Source: Dicyema japonicum
Lineage: Eukaryota; Animalia; Dicyemida
Length of the DNA: 64,000 bases
Assembly (NCBI GenBank): GCA_011109175.1
Contig: RDEW01000030.1
Location: forward strand, 614,094-678,093
Reading direction: 5' to 3'
Below the pieces are notes generated by a model. That model was not told the DNA's origin and did not search any database. It worked only from the letters and a program-made list of their open reading frames with translations. Of this stretch, positions 1 to 11,513 are shown piece by piece. The number at the start of each line of letters is the position of its first letter. The stretch's first letter is position 1. The translations under genes and the position numbers were made by a program.

Positions 1-48
1 TTAGTTTGGTTACCCTTGGTTTTTGGAATAAATTTAATTTTTAATTAA
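1..48 (+). repeat. 3' tail type A of a non-LTR element or SINE, cut by the window edge
   Basis: ttagtttggttacccttggtttttggaataa nearly matches the reverse complement of 63490-63535 and resembles 51370-51415. Confidence 0.7.
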
Positions 49-49
49 C

Positions 50-1200
50 AAAAGAACAGTGGATGTACTACCTCACATGCTAAATGTGAGATCGGAGGAG
101 TGCGCATTTTCCGGTCATTGAAACGTAAGGAAATATGACCTGTAATGTCGTCTTGCGGAAGATTTTTTTATTTCGGGTTTGTGAGAATGTCGAAACTGAC
201 CGTGGGATCTCTTTACAAATGGGACTGCGTTTTGTATCGATGTTGATCCCATTCGGAACCTCCAATTTGTTGAAATAAATCATTCCCCATATTCTGGAAA
301 CATCAAACCCTTTTTGCTAGGCTAATCGGAGAGTCTGAAAGTTAGAGATTCCACTAAAGATACGGAATACCTCACCTCATTAATCGATAAAGCCATCAGT
401 ATCAACGACCTTTTTGTGAAAGTGTCGATTGGATGTCCGTTTGGCTTCACTATTTTCAGCGATGGATGAGAAGAGGCCCTCACCATGATGTAATAACTGC
501 CGGCTTACGGACATATAGCTGCTGCTCTCTGCAAGAAGAGATGTCTTTGTTGTGCTGGAGAACATGATCTTGCCAGATGTGAGGGCATACCTGGATCGAA
601 GATTGACTGCATAAACTCTGGTCAACCAAACATTGAGCAAGGTACGGAGGATATCCAATTGCTAAAACAGCTAAACTAATTTTGCGAAACAATTAAACAA
701 AGTCTATCCCAAAGAAGGCCTTGGCAAGTCATGTTCCAACGAAGACCGTGTCACCGGTAACTAACAATCTTGGCCTGCAAAATCAGCTTCGGTTGAAATT
801 ATGCAGAAGTACCAGAGAACTTTAGGAGGCCTGTCATTTAACCTCCCTGAGAGAGTGTCTAACGAGTTGAAAGAGGTAATATCCCGACTGAAGGAGTCAT
901 GTTCAATAGCGAAAGAAAGTAGTGACCCTGGCTATGGAGGGACCAGGCTGGCGAAATGTTTGAATATATGTTTAAGGATGTTTTTTTCGTGTCCAAAATT
1001 GACTCCAGATACAACACGGAGAGTTAAGTTTTCATCAGGACTTTAGGATGATATGGTCCACGTGGGACGATAAAGAAAGTGGTTATTAATGATCCCAAGT
1101 ATTTTTGCAGTTTTTGTCACAGGGAGAACATTTCCAGATATCTTCATTTCAGGTTGAGCGTTAAACAGTCGACGATCAGAAGTAAAACTGTAAAGTAATT
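50..1200 (-). mobile_element. Degenerate I/Jockey-like non-LTR retrotransposon fragment (RT region)
   Basis: Frameshifted RT-like peptides in ORFs 380..658 and 480..692; 1110-1190 recurs at about 62550-62610. Confidence 0.55.
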
Positions 1201-1214
1201 TATTTAATTAAGGT

Positions 1215-1510
1215 TCCGCTTGTGCCGTATTTTTCTTCAGGTTATTATTTCTCCCACAATTCTCTTAACTAACTTCCTCCATACTCCACGGTTACTGGCA
1301 ATTATTCTGAGCATATCCAAATCGTCTCTGTTTTCAGCTTTCATCTTACATTGGTCAGATCCTTTTGTAGAACCTCTGGCAAAGTTATGTGAGGTCTTTC
1401 CAAACTTATCATGTATTGTGATTTTTGATGACTGCGTGTCTCTATGTAGTAGATGAACAGCCTTGAACATCTGCGCTCCGTTTTTGAGCCTTTTTACTTC
1501 TTTAGCCATT
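1215..1510 (-). mobile_element. 3' end of RTE-like LINE
   Basis: DDLDMLRIIASNRGVWRKLV matches the C-termini at 10913-11131, 49040-49300 and 52901-53130; tail ggcacaagcggaaccttaattaa. Confidence 0.7.
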
Positions 1511-1910
1511 TCAACAAGTTTATTTTCCTTTATTTCCTTCGTTTTTTTATTTTATTTTATACAGGGTTTGGTTCCTTTGCCTGGTCCTGACAGGTTTCGA
1601 CCTGCAAACGTAGGTTTTGGATAGTTCTTAAAGCTCGTGGCCATAGTGTCCGTTGAAATGCTTCGGTTTTACTCCAACTGTTGAATGGGCCGCGAACTTT
1701 ATTGCATCGATGGTGTCTTGCCACAGCTCCCCAGGCATTTTTTCTTTATTCCACCGTCTGATCTTTTCTCTCAATGTATTTTGATAGCTTTCCCGAGTTG
1801 GTCCCACCATGCAGAGTTGCTCTACTGCGAACCTCCCTTCAGATATCCTCATGCCAGCCGCTTTGGAAACCCCATATTGGTTGAGCTGGTGACGTGGCTC
1901 TATTGCACAC

Positions 1911-2260
1911 ATGTCTTTTTCGTGCTTTTCTTCGGAATCTTTCACTATTAGCTCGTTCAATGTAAGAGGATTAAAATCGGATACTAAAAGAAGAAATTTA
2001 TGCGTGGATCTTGGATCGTACAAGGTAACCGTGGCGTGCTTACAGGAAACGAAAGTAAAAGGCGGACTAGATGAAATCAACAATGATTTCCGCCTGATTC
2101 TGCATCCTTCGAATTGCCCACACTATGGCATGGGATTTGCAAAACAAAAAAACTGAACTAACAGATTCTCGGAGCTACAGTGGGACACTAGTAGATAGTG
2201 ATCACAGATTGGTTGTGTCACGTTTTCTTTTCAAACGATATTTTGGGCTTTCTGTTTGTT
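1911..2260 (+). mobile_element. AP-endonuclease N-terminus of a non-LTR element
   Basis: ISSFNVRGL...VACLQETK are APE motifs I and II. Confidence 0.7.
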
Positions 2261-2269
2261 CAACGAAAT

Positions 2270-2470
2270 TAAAAAATTTCCAAAGCCCACGGTAACACCA
2301 AACTAACTAATCACGTGGTCCCGACACGCTCCAAGAGAGACTTCAGCTTGGCACGCTGTTCCTCCATCGAGCCCTTGCAAGTACGCATCGGCTGTATGAC
2401 TGGTTCCTCTTAGTCGCAACAGCACATCCTCGGTTCTTACGTAGATTGGTTTGATGATGTTTGTTAGCTC
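2270..2470 (-). mobile_element. LINE 3' end with tail A
   Basis: Similar to 3165-3300; ends ttagtttggtgttaccgtgggctttgg. Confidence 0.55.
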
Positions 2471-2989
2471 CAGAGGCACGTGAAATTATGTTGTTTGTTT
2501 GCCATTTTAGATATATTTTAGAGTATTCCAGAATTCTTAGGTCTTTGTTCTGTGATTTAGTTTTGATAAAAATTTTTCCATCTACTTTTTTTCTCCGGTA
2601 AAATCAGTTTAGAAATCTTCTGTTTCAAAGTGGAAAATTAATCACAAAGATGCGTCTCAGGGGTGTTGCTTCTTTTCATGGCCCATTTTTCTTTTACCAG
2701 AGCTGTGATCTCATAAACGAAAACCGCTAAGCCTCGGGAGTACACCCCCTTGGAATTCATTTTTTAGATCAACTGAAATTATAATTGAATTAAAATATTT
2801 CGGAAAATTTTCATTTCAAATAGGTGTGATCTCGCAATGTTGCACGTGTAGTGTTTGTTGTGTTTGTGAGGGGACTCAAAACATCATAGTCAGTACACCT
2901 CAATCGTTTTTACCATTAGTTCGATCAGTATACATGAGAAGCTTTTAAATCTTGTCTCTGTTTTAAAGGAGTTATACGAGTTTCTTGAA

Positions 2990-3150
2990 GAAGAACGACG
3001 TCCACGTTGTGGGTAGTCAGAAACAGCATGAGTTCATCACGTTTACAAGGAATCTATTTATATTCAGTTGTAGTATATTAAGCCCTTTAGAAGGACCAGG
3101 GTTATATTCCACGTCTCCGAACAGAAATAGTGACTTGAGGGAGTGGCCTA
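2990..3150. repeat. Dispersed repeat, second copy at 63260-63400
   Basis: tccacgttgtggg..gtcagaaaca..atgagttcat...ttagaaggac..ggttatattccacgt is present at both sites. Confidence 0.7.
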
Positions 3151-3164
3151 CCGCCAAATTATTT

Positions 3165-3460
3165 TTTATTTATTTAACACCCAAGACCCGGTAAATCCAA
3201 AACTAACTATCACGTGATCCCGATGCGTTCCGCCAAAATCCTCATTCTTTCCCGGTGCTCCTCCCTCGTACCCACACAAGCTCGTACTGGGCGGCTGACT
3301 GTACTTGCAGGGCCACCTTCCCGCATGCTGAAGTTCTGTTTAATGAGGGCCTCCAGAGTAGTCGGTCCGGTTCTGTGTCTCCCACAAGACCATCGCTTTG
3401 TCATTCTGAAAGCCTTCTTTTGAACGCCTTCGATTTTGATAGTATCCAAAGGGATTTTAG
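3165..3460 (-). mobile_element. LINE 3' end (ORF C-terminus plus tail A)
   Basis: ORF ends GTREEHRERMRILAERIGIT*, then tagttagttttggatttaccgggtcttgggtgttaaataaataaa. Confidence 0.6.
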
Positions 3461-3619
3461 CCAAAGGGATTTTCTTAAAAATCGATGTGGAGATAAAATT
3501 TAATAAAGTTGACAGCTAATTTTATTGGATTTAATTATAAATAAAATTTTAATTATATTTAAAAATCCTTATAAATTTATTTTTTTTAAATAATTACACG
3601 TGATCTATTGATTATTCTT

Positions 3620-3974
3620 ATGGGAATTAAGAAGAGACATAGATTTAATTATGATTTAAAAAGGAAGAAGAAATGGAAGAAGATACAAAAATCGTCGGAG
3701 AAAACCAAGTAATCTCTTATGTCGATTTTAAGATCCCTTGCTTCTGGAACGTAGTCGCAGAAAATTTCGTTGAAAGCATGGATGTAAAATTCGACATCCA
3801 AATCCAGAGTAAGGTTACCCGAAGCTGATCGATCAATGCTCATTAAATTGAAGGATAAATACAAACAAAATTATAAGGTATTTGTGTGACTTCTTTTAGG
3901 CTATGTCACGAGATCCTTTGAACCTGAAACAATATACGAGCAATCAATTGAAAAAGATTTGCCAAAAAATTTAG
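3620..3974 (+). CDS. NOP16: Nucleolar protein 16-like, spliced, middle exon unresolved
   Basis: N-terminus MGIKKRHRFNYDLKRKKKW; C-terminus LIKLKDKYKQNYK|AMSRDPLNLKQYTSNQLKKI resembles NOP16 DYKAMARD. 22-nt intron at 3878-3899. Confidence 0.7.
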
Positions 3975-4039
3975 CTTCTTTTGATTATGAACTCTTATTA
4001 AATATAAATACTTTTCTTTAGAGCCAATTAAGTTAGTTT

Positions 4040-4290
4040 ACATTACAAGGTCTCCATTATGGCCTGTTGTCATTGAGCACGCAATGGGGGGTCACCTCTC
4101 ATGATGGCGACCGTCCAATTAACCTGATAAACTCAGACGTGCTCTGACCAATGACGCCAGACGTCTCAACGGAGATTTGCTGGAAAGCGAACCGGTCCTT
4201 TTATCGAATCTTCAGCCGTGCCTGCTCGGAACCCACTTGCATCGGTGACTTGAAATTCTCATTAGAGAAAGTGTCCGTGCAGTTGACTCC
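4040..4290 (-). mobile_element. CRE-clade retrotransposon 3' fragment
   Basis: AFQQISVETSGVIGQSTSEFIRLIG resembles the CRE C-terminal restriction-like endonuclease region. Confidence 0.55.
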
Positions 4291-5087
4291 CAGGCAAGAT
4301 ACCTCCCTTGGTTACTTGGTGTGTTTTTTTTAGTAATTAATCGAGTCTTTAGGCTCATTTAAGGGAGTTGATATTCACCTTCGTTTAGTTCGCTCAAGGG
4401 GTGAGCGGTCGCTAACTGCAGACAAATGTCTTTTTTAATTCGAATATATCTTAAAGGGGTTTTTTTCAGTTCTCAGAGTCGGAGTGAGAAATATCCTTTT
4501 CAAGTATCCGCCATTGTGAGAACCCTTCCACTGGGGTAGAGAAGATAGGGATTTTTTGATGCTATTCAGGAATGAGTCTCCTTAGCCACATCAAATGACA
4601 CCTCTAGGAATTGGAGAACTCAAATAGAAGAACAGAATATCTCCACCAGTAGGTAGAGTATGGAATATATGTCACAGCTAACTCGAGTGACAGAACTGAC
4701 CACTTAAGATGAATTGACTGAGATTCGGGGGATATATTGGATACGTGAACTCCTAAAAAAGAACCTTAAGCGAAGTAGACAATCCATGCTATAGAGGAAA
4801 GTTAAACTTCATGGTTCCAACCAATTAACCACTTTGATTAAATTAAACAGTTAATCACAGCTTCGCTAGCATGTAGGAAGCTAGTGACCGAATAGGTAGT
4901 GCGTTTCCAAAACAGGTGACTCACAGAGGTCCTCCACTTTCACGCCGAGTCCAAGTCCGAGTACAAGGAAGACAAGAAATCTCGAACTTTTTTCTATCCA
5001 GTAGATTGTATCCCCATCGGAGATCTGCAAGCTCCATTCTGATGATTCTCAAGAGCAGAGATTCTGAAGAGCTGATCTCAGATCTAT

Positions 5088-5404
5088 TAATAATAATAAA
5101 GCCTTTTCACGAGAGCCATAGTATTTATAGCTCCGCATAGGCAGGACACACACTTTATTTAAGTAAAGAACAGTTAATTTTAACTAATCGTAGAACCAAG
5201 GAATGATCTTCACTTCTTTTTTCTTTTTCTTGTGTGAGTGTCCTTTTTAGACAATCCAGTTCCGCAGTGAGTATTCACTGATGACGGCGTCACTCGTCAA
5301 ACCATTTCTGCATCGTAGATGCGTGGAACCTTCCACCAGGTGAACAGCAGCGAGATTCGAACCCGTAGCCTAAGCCACTTAAGCCCGACACCTAACCACT
5401 AAGC
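5088..5404 (-). mobile_element. SINE family A, full length, 12-bp TSD
   Basis: tRNA-like A and B boxes, (TAT)n tail, TSD tctcagatctat at 5076-5087 and 5405-5416. Confidence 0.9.
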
Positions 5405-6379
5405 TCTCAGATCTATGCCCAAGATTTTTATTGTTTTAAAAAGTCCGTATGTCACGGGTAGACACGAAGTCGTGTATATTTCAATCCAGGTTCTTCACGG
5501 AAGTGAGAGTTTTTCAGTGTTTTTGGGAAATCATCTTAGATACATTACACCACCCAGGATGAAGTAACACGAATTTGAATTCAGTACTATTCTCTACAGA
5601 ATCTTCGATATCACGTAGAGAAAGGAAACAGGTATATAAGACGAAGGATTAAAAACACATACGATACTTTAATGACAAAATGATCGACTTTAGCTAAATT
5701 CATTTTTTTCTTTATCCCCTGGTGTTAGAAATTTGTTAGATAAAATATTAGTTTCTGATTTAATCATAAAACAACTGTTTCTAGTACGAAGTTTGAGAAG
5801 TTCAGTGACGGTAGCTACGGGGGATATTAAGAAACATTTATAAAGGAGAGTTTCACTCAAACCGACAGGAGCAAATATTTACAGCCAGAATAGCCATCTT
5901 TAACAGCCATATTTTCTCAAAAGAATAATTTTTGACAAAATGAGAGGCCTCAGTGATCCTTTTGTCTCACAAGTATCCACGAAAGTGTTACATGTAGTAT
6001 TCGACTCCTTAATGCACACAATTTCCAGGGCAAAATCTAGAATGAAGCTTACGACTTTACAAAGTCCCAAAAATCTAAAAATTGAAGAAATTTGCATGAT
6101 GATGAAATGAAGAGAAGTATTTAAATTCAATATGAGTGGCATTTATTTATTTGCAAAAATTAAGGACAAATTTTCCTCACAATGACAATGTCAGTACTAC
6201 GGGCTGCTTTTTGTCTTTTTCATGGCATTTTTAAAATCACTGGAGTTTAATTTCCGTAGTTTTTGTTTTATTGCCAAGAAAAACAAGAAAACCTGGTATT
6301 GAGTCGGATTTCTTTTCTTACGTTTTATACTATACAATTTCTATGAACAGGAGAAAATGATATCTTACGTTGACAGACA

Positions 6380-6900
6380 CATTTCAATTACTAAAACAAG
6401 AAGTAGAATGTCCCCCCTTTTTTTTAACTCTTAAAGAGATGGAGATGGATTCTATGCACGTTGATCAAAAAGAATTTGGATTCTAAAATAAATGAACAGT
6501 TTTCAAGAATATTGAGATCCATTCCCAGATTGATGAGCCACGTGTTTACAGAAGGCGTCGAATCTTTGAGAGTAAAATTCCAAAGTAAATATTAGACATA
6601 ATGGTGTTCAAATTTCCTTAGTAGTAGGGAGTGCCTAGAAGGGGATCATAGGGGCAGCCGCTCAGGTAGCACGCTGTAGGAGACAGCAGATCCAAGCCAT
6701 AGAGTTCACGCTATTAAGCTATAATCACTTTTTCTCGATATTTTTTTCATCATAGACAAATCGACTTCTAGCACTGCTGAAAAAAGAAAAGCATTTTCTA
6801 AGCATTGGTTTGAAACGAGTTATAAGGACATCTCAGGTGAGAACTATCGGGACAATTTTGACCTTATTGCTTTATTTCAATAAAAACATTTCTAGTCAAT
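6380..6900 (+). mobile_element. Possible degraded hAT transposase remnant
   Basis: Weak resemblance to the hAT C-terminal motif (TAE..FSK) near 6770-6900. Confidence 0.3.
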
Positions 6901-7927
6901 TGACTTTTTGACAGAAATCGCTTTACATATTACAAATATGTTGTTTAAAATGTTCTATATATTTTGGCTGTGGGGAAAAATATTTATATATTTACTCCTG
7001 GTCCCGTCGAGTGAAAGAAACCGGTGGCTAACAAGAACGTCACAGCCAAGAAGGTTGCTCCCAGGGATCCAACAGGTGCATTTAGTTCTTTGCATAATTA
7101 GGAGGCGACCCGGACGAAAGAATAGGTGGCCAATCTTCTGGTCTTAAAAAGCCATGGTGGGCAAAGTGGAGAGACGATTGTCCAATTATGTACAGATACA
7201 AACGTAAATTTATGTGATGACCGCAAGGTAGGTACACCAAGTGGACAGGAATTTCCCGCTGTAGGGAAGCTTTGCTTCCATCAATAATTGGGGGAAGACC
7301 TCATAAGCTTGAAAAAGTTTTATAAGGCAAAAGTAGCTTAAAATAAAAAAAGCGGTCAAATTTTAAATTTTATGTAAATAAAAATCGAAATAATTGCATA
7401 AAATTACATTAACTATCACTTTATATTTGCGACCTGTAAATATTCATTTTGTAAAGGAGAGTATTAGAAACTGTATTGTGTACCCATCTTCCTTAGCTCG
7501 AAATATCTGGTCTCTTGTGCTTTCTGAGTTCGTTACTTGACCAATTGATGGTAGGAGGATGAGTCCATTTATTCTTCAAAAACAATGTAGACGCTGTATA
7601 CAATAGAAGTACGTCACCAGCTCACTATGCCGACCAATCGACCATAGGCAATAAAGTAAATAATAATCAAATAATTCAGTTGAACTATCCAGAAAAGTCT
7701 CCCTCTCTAGCCAGCAGCGCTCACGTTCGTGTAGAAATCTGATTTCAAAGACGTCTCAGAAATTCCAGCATCGCAGACGCAAATGATCCAGACCACTAGG
7801 CTATCAAAATTAATAAGAGATAAAATAAAGAAATCAAATAACGAAAAATTAGCCAAGAATTACTGGAAACAAAACAGTACCTAATTAAACATGTCTTTTA
7901 TGTTTTTAATGAAGCGTCTAAGCATGC

Positions 7928-9245
7928 TTAACTAGTCGGAAGGTTCTACAAAGTAAAATGTAAACCCAGACTTTTTGATTTTTCAAAATATGCTCTATTC
8001 TTGAAAATGATTCATTAACCGGTGGTGATTTAAGTCCCAGAATATTGCACATTAACGGAAAAATATCAACAGATTCAAACGACTGAGCCACAAAATCATC
8101 TTTAAACTCATTTCCGACTGCGATGAAAATAGAATGCAATTGGGATAGGTGCCGATTATAGCCATGCTGGCCAGCTAAACGACTTAAAAACATCTTTACT
8201 TAAATTAGGGAGCAGAAAATTTGTGGTGATAAAATAGGGAAACATAGCGATAGCCACAATTAGAGAAATACGACTGCTTTTCGAAAAGTAGTAATCTTCG
8301 GGGACATCCTTATGCCAGTAAACCTCCAGATTTGGAGTGCGTCTCTTCAATTTGTCATAAACTAACTGCTCTCTGCCTAATATTAGTAAATAGTAGACCT
8401 TCAGTGGGATATATCAGGGCACATGCGGACTGGTAGCATTCGTAACAAGTATAGTCTTTGGGGTCGACAATTCTTTCCAATATTATGACTAAATCAGGAT
8501 CTATCGATGTGCTGGACATCCCATGATCAGCAGTGAGGATCACGTTGAGGTTGATTCCATTCATTTTGGCCTCGTCCATATAGCTTAATATTGTTCCTAT
8601 TCCATAATCAAGTCTCACGACAGCTTCAAACGTTTTTTTGGTGATCCTATAGAGATGTCCGGATTTGTCAGGTTCGTAGTAATACAAAATACCTAGGTTA
8701 ACAAGATCATCGGGACTGAAAATCCACTCAAAAATTCTATCAACTGCCTGATTCAAAATATCCCCATAAAGTCCGTCATAATAGTTATGGGAGTTGAACG
8801 TACAACTGATTGATGAATCGACGTCCACTCCAGGCCACCCATAGCAACCGCTTCTTCCACCTTGATCTTGATTAACAGTCCAAATTGTCTTGGAAAATTT
8901 GTACCAATATTTCCATTCATAATTATTGGAATAGGAGTCGTTTACATTAACGTCATAGAATGATTTGGCAACTATTTGATGAGTCTCCGCGTAATCGTCT
9001 GTCACGATTGAAAAGTGATTTGGGAGTGTTTGTGTGGGGAACACATTTATGGTCCCGGAATCGTTCAAAGTCACCTCCATTTTTATTAGCCTGTCAAAAT
9101 TTGGTGTAGGATAATTAAATTTTTTGCAGAGGTCGAGGTAATCCCATCTGAAGCCATCCAATGATATTAGCAATACAGTATTATTATTTAAGGAATTAGA
9201 ACACCCGATAAGACACACGAACAATAACAACATTGGAAGTTTCAT
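7928..9245 (-). CDS. Secreted ENPP4/5-like nucleotide pyrophosphatase/phosphodiesterase
   Basis: Signal peptide, SLDGFRWDY, FPTQTLPNH, YYEPDKSGH, TADHGM, GQHGY. Inferred introns of 22, 25 and 26 nt join ORFs 8355..9245, 8156..8350 and 7918..8193. Confidence 0.9.
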
Positions 9246-9355
9246 ATTTTATTATTATTAAACTTTCAGGTTCGCCGGTAAATAATAAATTTAAACAATT
9301 TAATCAACAAAATCAATAAAATCATAAGACTTTTTAAGTAAAATATTAATTATTA

Positions 9356-9683
9356 GCCGGGTGGCTTAGTGGTTAGGTGTCGGGCTTAAGTGGCTTAGGC
9401 TACGGGTTCGAATCTCGCTGCTGTTCACCTGGTGGAAGGTTCCACGCATCTACGATGCAGAAATGGTTTGACGAGTGACGCCGTCATCAGTGAATACTCA
9501 CTGCGGAACTGGATTTGTCTAGAAAGGACACTCACACAAGAAAAAGAAAAAGAAGTGAAGATCATTCCTTGGTTCTACGATTAGTTAAAATTAACTGTTC
9601 TTTACTTAAATAAAGTGTGTGTCCTGCCTATGCGGAGCTATAAAATACTATGGCTCTCGTGAAAAGGCTTTATTATTATTATT
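9356..9683 (+). mobile_element. SINE family A, full length, 13-bp TSD
   Basis: Head gtggcttagtgg...gggttcgaatc; TSD atattaattatta at 9343-9355 and 9684-9696. Confidence 0.9.
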
Positions 9684-9709
9684 ATATTAATTATTAAAAA
9701 AATTTGCTA

Positions 9710-10010
9710 AATGTCGCAGTGTCATGATAATTCCATGTTCAAATCTCGATGCTGTACATTCAGCTGAAAGTTCCAATCATCTACGATGCTTTGGGTTTAA
9801 CGAGTGACGCCGTCATCAGTGAATACTTTACTTCCGAACCGGATCATCTACAATGACTCACATGCTACAAAAATAAAAAAGAAATGAACATTCCTTGATT
9901 TCCTACAATTAGTATCATAACAGTTCTTTACTCTAATAAAGTGTTTGTCCTGCTTGTGCGAACTATAAGTATTATGGCTCCTGCGAAAAGTTTTGTTGCT
10001 AATTAATTTG
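9710..10010 (+). mobile_element. Older diverged SINE A copy in tandem
   Basis: Colinear with 9356-9683, including cgagtgacgccgtcatcagtgaatac. Confidence 0.8.
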
Positions 10011-10296
10011 ATTAGGAATGTCTTCTCATAAAGTTGGGTTGACCTTTTATTTCATTTTTTCTCTTGTGAATAAACAAAGTGATTGACTCCTGAGACATCG
10101 GATGAAGTTTCGAATGAAGAAGCGTTATATCTTCTGGGTTCGAATCTCATCTGGCACAAAGTTCGGGGGAACCTGAACAAGTTCACATAGTGTAGAAACA
10201 AGTGCTCGGAAATTCAACTTAGATGGTTTGAAAGAGAAGATCAGTATTAGATACTTAGACACTAGCGTTAGCAGTTAAGTTATTATTATGTAAGCA

Positions 10297-10643
10297 AACA
10301 CTGGTGATTAAGCTAAGGTGAAGTAACACGAAACGGTAGGGTTTGGCAACCGACTTTTACACAGAGTCTTCCCAAGAAATTAATCAAACACACAGGTAAT
10401 CCTTGAAGATAAGTCCCAGATACTTTTTTGGGGATTTTGAAACCTCAAATAAGATTTCCAATAGTTTCCGTCAACCCTGCACATACTTCCTTTCAACCAT
10501 AAGGAAACCGGCATACGAGGATTTTTCCGTAAGCTGGCTTCAATGTTAAATTCCGTGTTTTCTCAAATTCTTTGAGAATGGAATCTCTCTTTTGATTCCA
10601 GGAAGTATTGCAGACCGTGGAACTTGGGTGTTAAATAAATAAA
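10297..10643 (+). mobile_element. Dispersed about 340-bp retro-derived repeat (family D)
   Basis: Reverse complement of 22985-23318; ends cttgggtgttaaataaataaa like the LINE end at 3165. Confidence 0.8.
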
Positions 10644-10899
10644 TGACGCGTTCAATCAGGAAGGTCATTGAAAATGTTAAGACTGATATTAGAAAATATT
10701 ATTGCGAATTTATATCAATTCACGAATTTTCTAACAACAGCTTTTTATTGAATCTTTTGTTTAGGAAATATTTCAAACTAACAGGTTTACCATTTTTATT
10801 ACTGTTTCACGGGTGCCACTGTAAAAAAATATTTAATTTTCTCATTCCATCTACCGACTCTAGGATCAACAAAATCACTAATGCGCAGTCGAATTTAAT

Positions 10900-11130
10900 T
10901 TTCCTTAAATTCTTAGTTAAGTTTCCCTTGTGCCATATTCCGAATCATCCTCTCCGTCAGCTTCGACCATGATCTTCTGTTGCGCACTAGTTCTCTTAGG
11001 TAGTCCAGGTCGTCTGCCATTTCCATTATAATATCAGATGCTGTCCACACTCTTGTAGCGTAGTGAATCAGGTCCTGATAGACTGCAAATCCGAGACCAT
11101 AATGTCGGCAGGCCTTGAATAAGTTGAACA
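10900..11130 (-). mobile_element. 3' end of RTE-like LINE
   Basis: DDLDYLRELVRNRRSWSKL plus ggcacaag tail motif. Confidence 0.65.
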
Positions 11131-11513
11131 TTAAAATTTACAAAACTTGTTTGAGAGTATTGGATATTATTTTACTTTTTCCTAGAATTCCCAAAAGTGT
11201 TGAAAATCTAAGACAAAGAAACTCGAATCGGCTCAATGATCCAAAGGGTCACCAAGGACCCACGTGAGAATAGATGGCTTCAAGGTTAGGGTTAAATTAA
11301 AGTTTCGACCTATTCTATTCTAAGGAGCATTACCTCCTGGTTCCCAGCCATGATATCACAAAGATCATTTTTACCTCATTTCGGACCCAAATATAGAAAA
11401 TTGGCTTATGATTAAAAATCGATTGCGGACAAACAGACTCATTTCACTAATTTATAATAAAAAAGTCATTTTCTGTTTAAAAATCTTAACTAGATTAATA
11501 ATAATGAAACAAT

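Noticed and set aside
5275-5305. CTGATGA in the antisense SINE A body, suggesting a hammerhead ribozyme
   Set aside because: No GAAA after stem II (it reads gtcaaac), and the TGA is itself paired in the tgacg/cgtca hairpin.
8380-9245. Long intron-free first exon of the NPP gene as evidence of bacterial transfer or a retrogene
   Set aside because: The gene has micro-introns downstream, and as I recall ENPP4/5-type genes have a large first coding exon ancestrally.
9356-9430. Functional tRNA genes
   Set aside because: A and B boxes are present but there is no acceptor stem or cloverleaf; these are SINE heads. The tRNA-like stretches at about 10130 and 32840-32910 also fail.
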